Part shown: positions 26,605 through 36,562 of the stretch, in pieces | Layout: each line of letters starts with the position of its first letter | Position numbering within the stretch: the stretch's first letter is position 1 | Notes under the pieces: generated by a model | Database searches by the model: none | What the model saw: the letters and a program-made list of their open reading frames with translations, nothing else | What the model was told of the DNA's origin: nothing | Source of the DNA: an uncultured Bacilli bacterium | GTDB lineage: Bacteria > Bacillota_I > Bacilli_A > RF39 > UBA660 | Direction: 5' to 3' | Assembly: GCA_947627895.1 (NCBI GenBank) | Contig: CANQXV010000003.1 | Span: forward strand, 1-40,354 | Length of the DNA stretch: 40,354 nt | Program-made: the position numbers and the translations under genes

Positions 26605-27723
26605 CCTTCTCCCTCTTTTTTTGATTTCTTTGGTAACTTTTTCTTCTATTTTTTCTAACTTGCTTGCTCTAAATACTGGAGTAATAACATAGTCATCAAA
26701 GTATATCATAATAAATGCCCAACATAGAGTAAACATAATATTAAAGACAATACTTGGAATATAATCCATTTCAGGGAATAAATAAGCAAGTAAATATACA
26801 AAAGCAATATGACTAACAAAATAATATAATGAAAGACGACCTAATATATTTATAAATTCATTATCATCATATAAAGCTGAAATGTAGTCTTTATCAATTA
26901 ATAAAATGGCCGTAAAGATGAATAATAATATATCATAAACGGAATCATGCCAAGTAGCTCCATGAAACCAGAAGTAAATAATAACCATCGCAAGAGCAAT
27001 ATGTAACACACTTAACGTCATCGTCATATTTTCGGTAAACTTCTTATCTTTAAAATAACGAACCATATAATACATTAACATTCCAGCACACATACCAGCC
27101 ATTAGTCTTAATAAATTACTTGGAATGCCTAATATATAAGAAGTATCCGCGGTATTAGCCAAACCTAAAGCTCCATATACAACGACAAGGAAAACGACAG
27201 CGAAGAATTTAAAGAAATCTTCATTTTTACTAACAATATAATATAAAATAAAGCCCACGATAAATAAAGCTGAGATGTACCATAAAGGACTATTCCATAA
27301 AGTTGCCGCATTCATACTTAATTGGGATAAGCCTAAGAATTCAAATATAGAATTCATAAATACGGTAAATAATTCTGTCATTTTAGTTTCCGCGATTACA
27401 TTTCGAACCATGAAAGCTAGTAAAACGCCCCCAAATAAAGATGGGTATAAAGCACTAATTTTTTTCTTTGTATATTTCCAAGCAGCAGTTGATGCTTTCT
27501 CACTTTCAATACTTTTTTTATTTTTTTGATAATTAGCCATTAAGAAATAACCAGATAGAAACATAAAGAAAGCAATAAATTTATAACCTGTAAAAATTAA
27601 ATCAACATTTCCTTTATTCCATATAATGGTATTTAAATGACCAATAGCAATGGCAATTGTGAATATAAAACGCCATAATTCAACCGCCGAATTTTTCTTT
27701 TGTTTTTCTATCATTTTCATCAT
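26593..27723 (-). CDS. Acyltransferase-3 (OafA/OatA N-domain-like) membrane protein
   Basis: VELWRFIF.IAIAIGH, FFMFLSGYF, PLWYISA, LGRLSLYYFVSH; about 10 TMs; exact start (27723/27720/27714) uncertain. Confidence 0.85.
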   Translation of the reverse strand: MMKMIEKQKKNSAVELWRFIFTIAIAIGHLNTIIWNKGNVDLIFTGYKFIAFFMFLSGYFLMANYQKNKKSIESEKASTAAWKYTKKKISALYPSLFGGVLLAFMVRNVIAETKMTELFTVFMNSIFEFLGLSQLSMNAATLWNSPLWYISALFIVGFILYYIVSKNEDFFKFFAVVFLVVVYGALGLANTADTSYILGIPSNLLRLMAGMCAGMLMYYMVRYFKDKKFTENMTMTLSVLHIALAMVIIYFWFHGATWHDSVYDILLFIFTAILLIDKDYISALYDDNEFINILGRLSLYYFVSHIAFVYLLAYLFPEMDYIPSIVFNIMFTLCWAFIMIYFDDYVITPVFRASKLEKIEEKVTKEIKKRGRRKSA

Positions 27724-27734
27724 CCCTCTTATTC

Positions 27735-29018
27735 TTACAATACTTGATCAAATATATTTCCTAGATCTTCTGAATCATAAGTTGGTGTATTTCCTTCTTT
27801 ACGCGCTTTACTAGTATCAATATCTTTAACTAAATTTTCACCATATTGAACATCAAGATTGAAATTAACACTAAAGTTCTCTACGCCCACATTGGCTCTA
27901 ACAACCCCATCAATAGTGGTATTATTATCACTTTTTTTATTTATATTTGCTTCTAGGCGAACATCCATCGATTCATTTGCCATATTTATTTTTAAACTTT
28001 CTTCATTTTTATAAGTAATACTAAAAGTATTTTCGTCTTTAGTAATAATTAAATCCATATCTTTGTTTTTATTATAGTTTAAAACTACTTTAGCATCGTC
28101 ATAAACAGTTGTAACTTTGATTGCATCATCCCGAACATATACATCTAAAGGACTACCATCAGTTCCTGTAATAACAAACTTTTCACCATCTTCTTTACCT
28201 GTTATAGTAGCTTCAGCATTTTCCAAAGTAAAGCCTTTAACTTCATCATTTAAAGGATTAACTGTAACTCTAACTTCCATTTCCGTGAAAACATCTAAAT
28301 CATCTGTCGTCATTAATTTACTAACTTTTTCATCATTGGTTACTAATTCTTTAAATTTAGCATTAACCGCATCAACATTACTTTCATCAATAATAAGAAC
28401 ATATTCTTTTTCCGTAATACCCTTTAATTCAGTTGATGTTTTAGCTTCTTTTAAAGCCGTGAACATATATTCTATAACTTTTTCTTCGGCATTCATTAAA
28501 TCATTTATATTAGTAATACCTTCTTGAGTTAAATTAATATCCCCAATTTCTACTAAACCTTGTTCATCTTCAGCATATAATTTTCCATTTTGGAAATAAA
28601 TACTTTGTTTTTCCGCTCCTTGGCCATTAATATTATAATTTAAATTAACATAACCATTAGTTTTTTGATTTAAGCCTATTTCTAAATTAGCATTAGCAAT
28701 ATTTGGTAATTCTATACCGCCTTTTACAACAACATCTTTGCCTTTTATGGCCTCAAGATCTTTAGTTTCATTATTTAACAAAGTTGTAACATTATTACTT
28801 ATTTTTTCTAAATATTTATTAGTATTTTGATAATAGAAAAAGTAATAATAAGCCCCTCCAACTACTAATAAAATAATAATTACAAAAATAAGTATGCCAA
28901 CCCATGCTTTTGATTTAACTTCTTTTTGTAAATTTTGATCATCTGGCATATGGTTTACCGCGCCACTCGAATTTTGAACCATTGATTCATCTGGTTTTTG
29001 AATATTTTGTTCTTCCAT
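27735..29018 (-). CDS. Hypothetical single-pass membrane protein with large beta-rich extracellular region
   Basis: Disordered N-terminus, TM WVGILIFVIIILLVVGGAYYYFF, AAGGTG RBS. Confidence 0.75.
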   Translation of the reverse strand: MEEQNIQKPDESMVQNSSGAVNHMPDDQNLQKEVKSKAWVGILIFVIIILLVVGGAYYYFFYYQNTNKYLEKISNNVTTLLNNETKDLEAIKGKDVVVKGGIELPNIANANLEIGLNQKTNGYVNLNYNINGQGAEKQSIYFQNGKLYAEDEQGLVEIGDINLTQEGITNINDLMNAEEKVIEYMFTALKEAKTSTELKGITEKEYVLIIDESNVDAVNAKFKELVTNDEKVSKLMTTDDLDVFTEMEVRVTVNPLNDEVKGFTLENAEATITGKEDGEKFVITGTDGSPLDVYVRDDAIKVTTVYDDAKVVLNYNKNKDMDLIITKDENTFSITYKNEESLKINMANESMDVRLEANINKKSDNNTTIDGVVRANVGVENFSVNFNLDVQYGENLVKDIDTSKARKEGNTPTYDSEDLGNIFDQVL

Positions 29019-29074
29019 TTCTCACACCTTCTATATTAACTCTATCTTATCATAAAAAAGCCAAGAAAAAAATA

Positions 29075-29869
29075 CTAATTTTGATTTTTAGTATTTTTTG
29101 AATTATTATTTTTAGCCCTAGTTGTTGTTTTATTCGCCCTAGTCGCACTTGAAGTTTTAGTACTTTTGCTAGTTTTAGTTTTTTTAATTTCTTTAGCCTC
29201 TTTTACCTCAATTACTTTTGGTTCTTCTACTCTTTCTTCCTTAGGTGTAACTGGGGTTTCTTCAGGAACTACTGGAACCGTACTTACTACTTTAGTCCCA
29301 GCGATATAATCATGAAGACCACGGCCATCTTTTCGTAACATAATCATAACGAAAATAGCACATTCAACTACTCCTTCTAAGATTTCCATGACATAACTAT
29401 AGGTATTAAAAGTACTGGCATTTGTTATAAACGGACCAATAAGTAATAAAATTCGAAATATTATATTATTTAAAATAACACATCTTAAAATATATAATCC
29501 GGCATTTACTTTTTCGGCTTTAGTACCCACGATTTTGATTTTCATCATTTTCTTACCTATTGTTTGACCACCAGCAAGGCCTTGATAAATACCAAAATAA
29601 GCAACTAATAAAGCAATGGTTACGCCACTTGCAATAGTGCTATCTTTGCTTAATTCATAATTAAGGGGAATAAATTCCTTTTGATATTCTTCTTCATCAA
29701 TTTCTTCATTTTGATACTTTGTTAATAATTCTACATACTTATCATAATTTTCATTATATCTTTCATAATAAGGATTAAAAACTTTAACATTAGTTATTAA
29801 AGTTGCAATTAAAGTAACAAAGACAATATCTAAAAGATACGCAACTATTCTTTTTAAACTGATATCCAT
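29075..29869 (-). CDS. RDD family membrane protein
   Basis: KRIVAYLLD, GQTIGKKMMKIKIV, RGLHDYIAGTKVV; Lys/Thr-rich tail. Confidence 0.9.
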   Translation of the reverse strand: MDISLKRIVAYLLDIVFVTLIATLITNVKVFNPYYERYNENYDKYVELLTKYQNEEIDEEEYQKEFIPLNYELSKDSTIASGVTIALLVAYFGIYQGLAGGQTIGKKMMKIKIVGTKAEKVNAGLYILRCVILNNIIFRILLLIGPFITNASTFNTYSYVMEILEGVVECAIFVMIMLRKDGRGLHDYIAGTKVVSTVPVVPEETPVTPKEERVEEPKVIEVKEAKEIKKTKTSKSTKTSSATRANKTTTRAKNNNSKNTKNQN

Positions 29870-30510
29870 TAATTATCACTCCTTCCAAATAATGATAACA
29901 TATTAACAAATATGTTAATAAAATCTAAATATAAATCTAAGGCTCCCCAGATAACGAGGTTTTCTTCAGGAAAGTTAGTCTCCGTGAGTCTTTTTAATTT
30001 TTGCACATCATACATTGTAATACCTACGAATATTAAAATACAAACTATCGATATAATTAAATCGAGTAGGGAATTATTTAAAAAGATATTGATAAGACCT
30101 GCCACAAGTAAAGCAATAAGGCCCACGATAACATAAGTTCTCATCTTGGTTAAATCAGTTTTTAACACATAGCCTAAGAATGAAAGTATGGCAAAGAAGC
30201 CCGCGGTTATTAAAAAGACATAAAGAACTGATGTGAGTTCATAAAAAATAAAGATGGATGAAAAAGTAAGACCACTTACAACTGAATATAATAAGAAAGT
30301 ACAACGAGCCGTACTTACTTGCATTCGCATAACTTTAAACGATAAAAATATGACTAAAAGGACTTCAAATATGGCTAAAATTATATACCATGGTCCCCGA
30401 TAAATATTTTCATACATTGTCCCATTATGACTAACAAAGAAGCCTGTTACAAAAGTGATAATTAAACCTAAAGTCATCCACATAAAAGTTTTACTCATTA
30501 TTTTATTCAT
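29869..30510 (-). CDS. Bax inhibitor-1/YccA family protein
   Basis: TFMWMTLGL, TMYDVQKLK, GALDLYLDFINIF; GGAGG RBS before ATG 30510. Confidence 0.9.
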   Translation of the reverse strand: MNKIMSKTFMWMTLGLIITFVTGFFVSHNGTMYENIYRGPWYIILAIFEVLLVIFLSFKVMRMQVSTARCTFLLYSVVSGLTFSSIFIFYELTSVLYVFLITAGFFAILSFLGYVLKTDLTKMRTYVIVGLIALLVAGLINIFLNNSLLDLIISIVCILIFVGITMYDVQKLKRLTETNFPEENLVIWGALDLYLDFINIFVNMLSLFGRSDN

Positions 30511-30520
30511 ATTCTGCCTC

Positions 30521-31621
30521 CTAGACATTAAATCGGAAATAACAGATATCTCCGTCTTGAACTATATAATCTTTACCTTCAATTCTAAGGCGTCCCGCTT
30601 CTTTTACTTTCTTTTCATCACCTAGTTCGACTAAGTCATCATAACTCATAACCTCAGCTTTAATAAATCCCCGTTCAAAATCATTATGAATTATGCCCGC
30701 GCATTTTGGAGCTTTCATTCCCTTACGGAAAGTCCATGCCCGACATTCATCTTTGCCCGCAGTAAAGAAAGTAGCCAAGCCTAATAAATCATATGTTGCA
30801 AATATTAATTTATCCAATCCACTATTATTTATCCCAATTGAGGCTAAAAAGTCTGCTCTTTCACTATCTTCAACATTCGATAAATCTTCTTCTAACTTGG
30901 CACACATAACAATAACACCATTATTTTCTTTTTCAGCATAATCTTTTACTTTTAAAGTGTAATCATTATCCCCAACTACTACCGTTTCTTCATCAACATT
31001 AGCCACATAAATAATTGGCTTTATCGTTAAAAAATTAAAATTCTTTAAAGCAAGTAGCTCATCTTTATCAAAATCAACTTGTCTTAAAGCAATATTTTTT
31101 TCTAAGGCATCTTTCGCTTTTCTTAAAACATCGCGTTCAAAGACCACATCTTTTTCTTTCGTCGTATCCGCTTTTTTCTCAATTTTACCTAATCTATTTA
31201 TAACAATATCAAGGTCCGCTAAAATAAGTTCAACATTAATAATTTCAATATCCCGAATAGGATCAGTTGCCCCACTTACATGCGTAATATTCTCATCGTC
31301 AAAACATCTAACCACCTCAACAATGGCATCAACTTCTCTGATGTGGGATAAAAACTTATTTCCTAATCCTTCCCCTGAGGCTGCCCCTTTTACTAAACCA
31401 GCAATGTCCGTGAATTCAAAAGTTGTTGGCACTAAACTCGCCGGTTCATATAAAGTGTTTAAAAAATCTAATCTCTTATCAGGCACAAAAACAACTCCCA
31501 CATTGGGTTCAATGGTCGCAAATGGATAATTAGCCGCCAAAATATTTTTCTTAGTTATCGCATTAAATAAAGTTGATTTTCCAACATTGGGTAATCCTAC
31601 AATTCCTGCTTTTAATGACAT
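30521..31621 (-). CDS. ychF: Ribosome-binding ATPase YchF
   Basis: GIVGLPNVGKSTLFNA, NYPFATIEPN, DIAGLV, GEGLGNKFL, TGS domain ending YFRFNV; 366 aa from ATG 31621. Confidence 0.97.
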   Translation of the reverse strand: MSLKAGIVGLPNVGKSTLFNAITKKNILAANYPFATIEPNVGVVFVPDKRLDFLNTLYEPASLVPTTFEFTDIAGLVKGAASGEGLGNKFLSHIREVDAIVEVVRCFDDENITHVSGATDPIRDIEIINVELILADLDIVINRLGKIEKKADTTKEKDVVFERDVLRKAKDALEKNIALRQVDFDKDELLALKNFNFLTIKPIIYVANVDEETVVVGDNDYTLKVKDYAEKENNGVIVMCAKLEEDLSNVEDSERADFLASIGINNSGLDKLIFATYDLLGLATFFTAGKDECRAWTFRKGMKAPKCAGIIHNDFERGFIKAEVMSYDDLVELGDEKKVKEAGRLRIEGKDYIVQDGDICYFRFNV

Positions 31622-31638
31622 TTTTTTATTCCCCCTAA

Positions 31639-33183
31639 CTATAATGAAATTCCGGTATTTAAACCTAATGGTAAACCAATAATATACCAAATAACAATTA
31701 GAACTAAAAAGACTAAGAAAGTAACAATATTATATGGTAATTGAACTTTAATCGCATTAGTTACTCTAATATTACCACTATTTTGACTATATTTTTCTAA
31801 ATAAGCTAAATATACAACAAAGTAAGCAAATATTGGGGTTAAACCTAAAGATACGGATTCACCAAAGCGAAATACTACTTGCGCAAATTCGGGCGTAATT
31901 CCGGCATTTATAATATGTGGTATAGCCGTTGTCGCAATTATTGACCATTTAGATACCGAACTTGGTAAAAAGATTGTCGCCATAATTGAAACTAAAAAGA
32001 TAAGTAATAAAAGTGGTAAACCACTAAATGATACTCGACCTAAAACATTAGCAAGACCAACCGTAATAACATTACCAATATTCGTTTGTTTAAAAATACT
32101 AATGAAAGTAGCTGCGGCAAAAATCATAACTAATATTTTTCCCATATCATTTAAGGAATGACTTAAGCCATCAATAAAATCTTTATTATTCTTAATTGTT
32201 CTAGCCCCAATTCCATAACTTAAACCAAGTAATACAAAGAAAAAGGCGACAATGAAGACAAAACCATTAGTAAAAAATGATTCATAACTAAATAATTTAT
32301 CAATATATAATTCCTGACTATAATCAAGAAAATTACCCGAAAAAGGCAAGCCTGGGATAATATTATATATAAATATTAATAAATAAATTAACCCAACAAT
32401 TCCTGCCAGTAACAATCCACGCATTTTGGGTTTGGTTAAAACTAAATCTTCTTCCACTTCTTCTTCCGCGAAGTCATATTTTTCTAATCTCTTAGCAATT
32501 ATATTTTCGGTAATATTAGTAAGTAAAAAAGCTAAAGTTATAATTGCTACAATCATAATAAGTAAGAAAGCCCAACTATTAATTGCATAACTACCAAGTA
32601 ATATTTGCGAGTTTAATTCCGTGATATTTATTAAACTGGAATCAACACTAGTTAAAATCATACTTAAAGCCGAACCACAAGTTAAGGCCGCAAAAGAAGC
32701 AATAATTCCAAGTATTGGATTCCTTTTACCATATAAAAATAGCAAGGCACTTAAAGGAATAAATATTAAATAAGATAAATCCCCAATAATACTTGTTGAT
32801 AAACAAATTAAGATTAACACAAAGGTAACAGTTGTTTTTTTAGCCTTTTTAGTTAATAATGTAATAACTGTTTTTAAGAACCCACTCTTTTCCATTAAAC
32901 CAATACCTAATAAAATAATTATTAAGTGGCTTAACACCGCAAAGTTAGCAAAGTTAGAAACCGTATTGGTAAAAATATATTTTAAACCACGAAGACTAAA
33001 AAGGGATGTAACTGCTTCAGTTGTAACGCTATATTCTCCCGTTATCGGTGATATTTGATTATAAGTTGCTTGAACATTAAACCACGATAAAATCCCACTT
33101 AAGATAATAACAATTAAGCTTAAGATTAAATACACCATCACGGGATGTAAATTAACTTTTTCTCTATTTTTCCTTTTTTTCAA
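31639..33183 (-). CDS. AbgT family transporter
   Basis: HPV...LS, SLFS.RGLKYI..NTVSNFANF, LGIGLMEKSG, NPILG, SKW, FRFGES...TP; start TTG 33183 or 33189. Confidence 0.8.
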   Translation of the reverse strand: MKKRKNREKVNLHPVMVYLILSLIVIILSGILSWFNVQATYNQISPITGEYSVTTEAVTSLFSLRGLKYIFTNTVSNFANFAVLSHLIIILLGIGLMEKSGFLKTVITLLTKKAKKTTVTFVLILICLSTSIIGDLSYLIFIPLSALLFLYGKRNPILGIIASFAALTCGSALSMILTSVDSSLINITELNSQILLGSYAINSWAFLLIMIVAIITLAFLLTNITENIIAKRLEKYDFAEEEVEEDLVLTKPKMRGLLLAGIVGLIYLLIFIYNIIPGLPFSGNFLDYSQELYIDKLFSYESFFTNGFVFIVAFFFVLLGLSYGIGARTIKNNKDFIDGLSHSLNDMGKILVMIFAAATFISIFKQTNIGNVITVGLANVLGRVSFSGLPLLLLIFLVSIMATIFLPSSVSKWSIIATTAIPHIINAGITPEFAQVVFRFGESVSLGLTPIFAYFVVYLAYLEKYSQNSGNIRVTNAIKVQLPYNIVTFLVFLVLIVIWYIIGLPLGLNTGISL

Positions 33184-33364
33184 AATCAATCACCTTTTTT
33201 AATTTTCGCATAAATTCTAATCTATCCATCATTATTTCCCGACCACAATTATTGCATTTTATTTTTATATCAACGCCATCTCTAATTATGGTCCATAAAT
33301 TAGTACCACAAGCATGTTGTTTTTTCATTATTACTTGATTACCAAGTTTAAATTCTCTATTCAT
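33164..33364 (-). CDS. DUF951 (YyzM-like) protein
   Basis: MKKQHACGTNLW...GVDIKIKCNNCGR..MM.R motif; typical soj-ychF region gene. Confidence 0.9.
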   Translation of the reverse strand: MNREFKLGNQVIMKKQHACGTNLWTIIRDGVDIKIKCNNCGREIMMDRLEFMRKLKKVIDFEKKEK

Positions 33365-34236
33365 TAGTCATCCTCAACTTTAATATCAAGTCTTTCTAAT
33401 AATTGTTCTAATTCCTCTTTATTGGAAAAATATATTTCCATTTTATTTTTAGTTATTCTAACCTTGGTATTTAATTTTTCAACCGCTAAATTTTCATATA
33501 ACCGATAATTATTTTCAGTTTTTATTTTATTTTTCTTAGGTAATACATCGGTAGTTGTCATTTTTTCTAAATCTCGAACATTAATATCTTCATTGATAAT
33601 TTTATGAGCTAAATTAATTATTTGCTCGTCGTCATCTAATTTACTTAATACCCGGGCATGAGACATAGAAATTTCCTTTTTTTCAACCATTTTTTTTACT
33701 TCTTCGGGTAATTTCAATAAACCTAAAATATTAGTTACATAACTTCTACTTTTACCCATTTTGCTAGCAAATTCTTCTTGCGTATACCCTCTTAATTTAA
33801 TAATATTGTTAATAGATGTCGCTTCATCTATTGGATTTAAATCTTCTCTTTGAATATTTTCGATTAAAGCCAGTTCCATCATTTCTTGATCAGTAAAATC
33901 TTTAATTATGGCAGGAACCTTAGTTAAACCGGCAATTCTCGCTGCTTTAGTTCTTCTTTCACCGGCGACTAGTTCATAACCTTTAATACTTTTTTTAACA
34001 ATAACTGGTTGCAAAAGTCCATATTCTTTAATTGATGCCGCCATTTCATTTAAAGTTTCAGGATCAAAGCTTTTTCTTGGTTGATAAGGATTACTTCTTA
34101 TTTCATCCAAATTAATTTCAACAATATTATTCACATTTTCTTCAACTATTGATTGTTCAAAATTATCGAAATCAATAACCGAATTAGAAAATAATTGTTC
34201 TAATCCTTTACCTAAGGCTTTCTTTTTAGTTTCCAT
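33364..34236 (-). CDS. parB: Chromosome partitioning protein ParB/Spo0J
   Basis: ALGKGL, NPYQPRKSF, GLLQP, AGERR, ALIENIQREDLNPI, HTH GKSRSYVTN. Confidence 0.96.
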   Translation of the reverse strand: METKKKALGKGLEQLFSNSVIDFDNFEQSIVEENVNNIVEINLDEIRSNPYQPRKSFDPETLNEMAASIKEYGLLQPVIVKKSIKGYELVAGERRTKAARIAGLTKVPAIIKDFTDQEMMELALIENIQREDLNPIDEATSINNIIKLRGYTQEEFASKMGKSRSYVTNILGLLKLPEEVKKMVEKKEISMSHARVLSKLDDDEQIINLAHKIINEDINVRDLEKMTTTDVLPKKNKIKTENNYRLYENLAVEKLNTKVRITKNKMEIYFSNKEELEQLLERLDIKVEDD

Positions 34237-35011
34237 CGCGACTAATCACTTCCTTTGCTAAATTGGCATATGCTTCGGTAGCTCTACTAGTAGGATCATA
34301 TTCATTAATTGGTTTACCATGGCTAGGCGCTTCTACTAATCTAACCAACCGCGGAATAATGGTATTAAATACTTTATCTCCAAAATATTTTCTTATTTCT
34401 TCTATAACTTCTAAACCAATGTTAGTCCGCCCATCTAACATTGTTAAAAGTACTCCTTCAATTCTTAAATTAGCATTCATACTATTTTGAATCGTAATAA
34501 TAGTAGTTAATAGTTGCGTAATCCCTTCCAACGCATAAAATTCACATTGCACCGGAATAATCACGGAATCACTAGCAACTAAGGCATTCATTGTCCCAAG
34601 ACCTAATGATGGTTGACAATCAATAATTATATAATCAAAATTTTCTTTTACTTTTTCTAATTGATTTTTTAATTGAAAATTTTGTTTAAAACTTTTATCT
34701 GTTAACATTTTTTTTACGAATTCCACATCAACACCAGCCAAATTAATAGTTGAGGGAATAATACTTAAATTTTGAAATTTAGTTTTTATTATAGCTTTAC
34801 TTATATCACATTGGTTAGTTATCAGTTCATAAATATCATTATCAAAATCATTTGAATTTAAACCTAAACCTGTCGTAGCATTACTTTGAGGATCCATATC
34901 GATTAATAAAACTTTTTTATTTAACCGACCTAAAGCAGCAGCTAGATTAATACTAGTAGTTGTTTTGCCAACGCCACCTTTTTGATTTACCAAGGAAATA
35001 ATTTTAGCCAT
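34226..35011 (-). CDS. parA: Chromosome partitioning ATPase ParA/Soj
   Basis: NQKGGVGKTTT, DMDPQSNAT, PVQCEFYALEG, RLVEAPSHG; GAGGTG RBS before ATG 35011. Confidence 0.96.
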   Translation of the reverse strand: MAKIISLVNQKGGVGKTTTSINLAAALGRLNKKVLLIDMDPQSNATTGLGLNSNDFDNDIYELITNQCDISKAIIKTKFQNLSIIPSTINLAGVDVEFVKKMLTDKSFKQNFQLKNQLEKVKENFDYIIIDCQPSLGLGTMNALVASDSVIIPVQCEFYALEGITQLLTTIITIQNSMNANLRIEGVLLTMLDGRTNIGLEVIEEIRKYFGDKVFNTIIPRLVRLVEAPSHGKPINEYDPTSRATEAYANLAKEVISRDGN

Positions 35012-35098
35012 AACAAGCACCTCTTTTAAATATTTCGCTACTTCTTATTTTATCATATATTTCTCATAAATTGAAAAAAAGTTAATGACTTTTTATCA

Positions 35099-35587
35099 TT
35101 AACTATTTCTACTACATACATAACCAAGTTCTTCTAAAGATTTTCGAAACTCACTAAAATTAAGTGTTACTTCTTCGCCTTCAGCATTCTTGGTATAATC
35201 AATTTCATCACCAACAGTGTATTCGATACTTAAAGCATCATCATTATAAAAGACCTTCCCCGGATATTCGTCTTCTTTACCTAATTTGTATTCTTCTAAA
35301 GTTGCATAAGTTAATACTATTGATGATTGACTACTTATTACTTTTTCGCCATCAATTTTTAAATTTTCAATGTGAGTTTCTCGATAGTTAGCATCAATTT
35401 CGTTATCTACCGTACATTTAATATTATAGCCTTCTAAAGATTCCGTTTGATGATTCTCTGGTTCTGGACTAGTTTCCGTTTTTTTTACTTCAGGTTTATT
35501 ATTTAACACAATTATAATAGCAATTACCAAAATAACAACTAAAGCAACAATACTTCCCATAATAATTAATTTTTTCTTATTAGTCAT
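35099..35587 (-). CDS. Membrane-anchored two-Cys extracellular protein, paralog B
   Basis: N-terminal TM; KC...YRE...NLKIDG...YTKNAEGEEV...LEELGYVC aligns with 35603-36124. Confidence 0.78.
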   Translation of the reverse strand: MTNKKKLIIMGSIVALVVILVIAIIIVLNNKPEVKKTETSPEPENHQTESLEGYNIKCTVDNEIDANYRETHIENLKIDGEKVISSQSSIVLTYATLEEYKLGKEDEYPGKVFYNDDALSIEYTVGDEIDYTKNAEGEEVTLNFSEFRKSLEELGYVCSRNS

Positions 35588-35602
35588 AATTTTTCCCTTC
35601 AA

Positions 35603-36124
35603 TTATTGTTCATTAGCAGTTGTACACGTATAACCATTGTTTTCTAATATTGCCTTATAATTACTATAGCTTTGTACTACTTCATTACCATCAGCATCTT
35701 TTGTAAAATCAGCATTTTCTTCGGTATCAATATATTCAATAATTTTTTCAGCATCATTAAATTCTACTCTATTACCATAATTATCGTTTTTAGCTTCATT
35801 ATATAATTCTTCATCTGTATATTCGACTCTAACAGACGATAATGAATTTAATAATCTATCCCCTTCTACTTTTAAATTATTGGTATATATTTCCCGATAA
35901 CCTTCGTTTTCAGTAATAATTTCACATTTAGCAGTGTATGATTTTAAAATTTCCAAACCTTCTTGTTGTTCAGTTTGTTGCCCTTCTTGTGTTTCATTTT
36001 CCTTAGGAACTTCTTGTTTATTCACTTTAGCCACAATTAATAAAACGACAATTACAATAGCAAGCAATAATACTGTTAAACCTATGGATATGATTTGATT
36101 ATTTTTTCTCTTTTCCTCTTTCAT
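35603..36124 (-). CDS. Membrane-anchored two-Cys extracellular protein, paralog A
   Basis: N-terminal TM; KC...YRE...NLKVEG...FTKDADGNEV...LENNGYTC. Confidence 0.78.
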   Translation of the reverse strand: MKEEKRKNNQIISIGLTVLLLAIVIVVLLIVAKVNKQEVPKENETQEGQQTEQQEGLEILKSYTAKCEIITENEGYREIYTNNLKVEGDRLLNSLSSVRVEYTDEELYNEAKNDNYGNRVEFNDAEKIIEYIDTEENADFTKDADGNEVVQSYSNYKAILENNGYTCTTANEQ

Positions 36125-36125
36125 T

Positions 36126-36551
36126 TTATAACCCTCTTTCAAAATAATATATTATTTTTGAATTATTATCTATTGTTTGTTCTAATTGAATACTACCATT
36201 TTCATCAAATGTTACTACGCCGTTTATATCTAAATAATCGCCTTTCGATACAACATATATCGAATCATCCCTATAATACTCGCTCATAGAGCAAACACTA
36301 TTATCTTCATAAAAAGTGCATATACTAACATGATTTTCCATAAAATTAAGGAATAATTGTACATTACTTTCTTCTTCTGACATTGTTTCATTTTTATATT
36401 GCACAACTTTATTTAAATTCCATTTTGTTCCTACTAAATCATAAGTCTCCTTTTTCAAAGTTCCTTTTTTAATATATATTAATATCCAAATCGATATTAA
36501 TATTATTAACAAACCAGCAATTACACAGAGCTCTTTAATATATTTTTTCAT
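36126..36551 (-). CDS. Membrane-anchored protein, possible lipocalin-like beta-barrel
   Basis: TM followed by LVGTKWNL, beta-strand pattern, Cys pair, ends YYFER; AAAGGA RBS before ATG 36551. Confidence 0.65.
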   Translation of the reverse strand: MKKYIKELCVIAGLLIILISIWILIYIKKGTLKKETYDLVGTKWNLNKVVQYKNETMSEEESNVQLFLNFMENHVSICTFYEDNSVCSMSEYYRDDSIYVVSKGDYLDINGVVTFDENGSIQLEQTIDNNSKIIYYFERGL

Positions 36552-36562
36552 AATCTTTTCCT

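Noticed and set aside
26593-30510. BI-1/RDD/membrane protein/AT3 run as a novel operon
   Set aside because: Common families with no unifying signal visible; likely co-oriented by genome compaction.
35618-35635. parS-like sequence (GTTGTACACGTATAAC) near parAB
   Set aside because: Does not fit TGTTNCACGTGAAACA spacing or symmetry and lies inside a CDS; no canonical parS was spotted by eye in the window.
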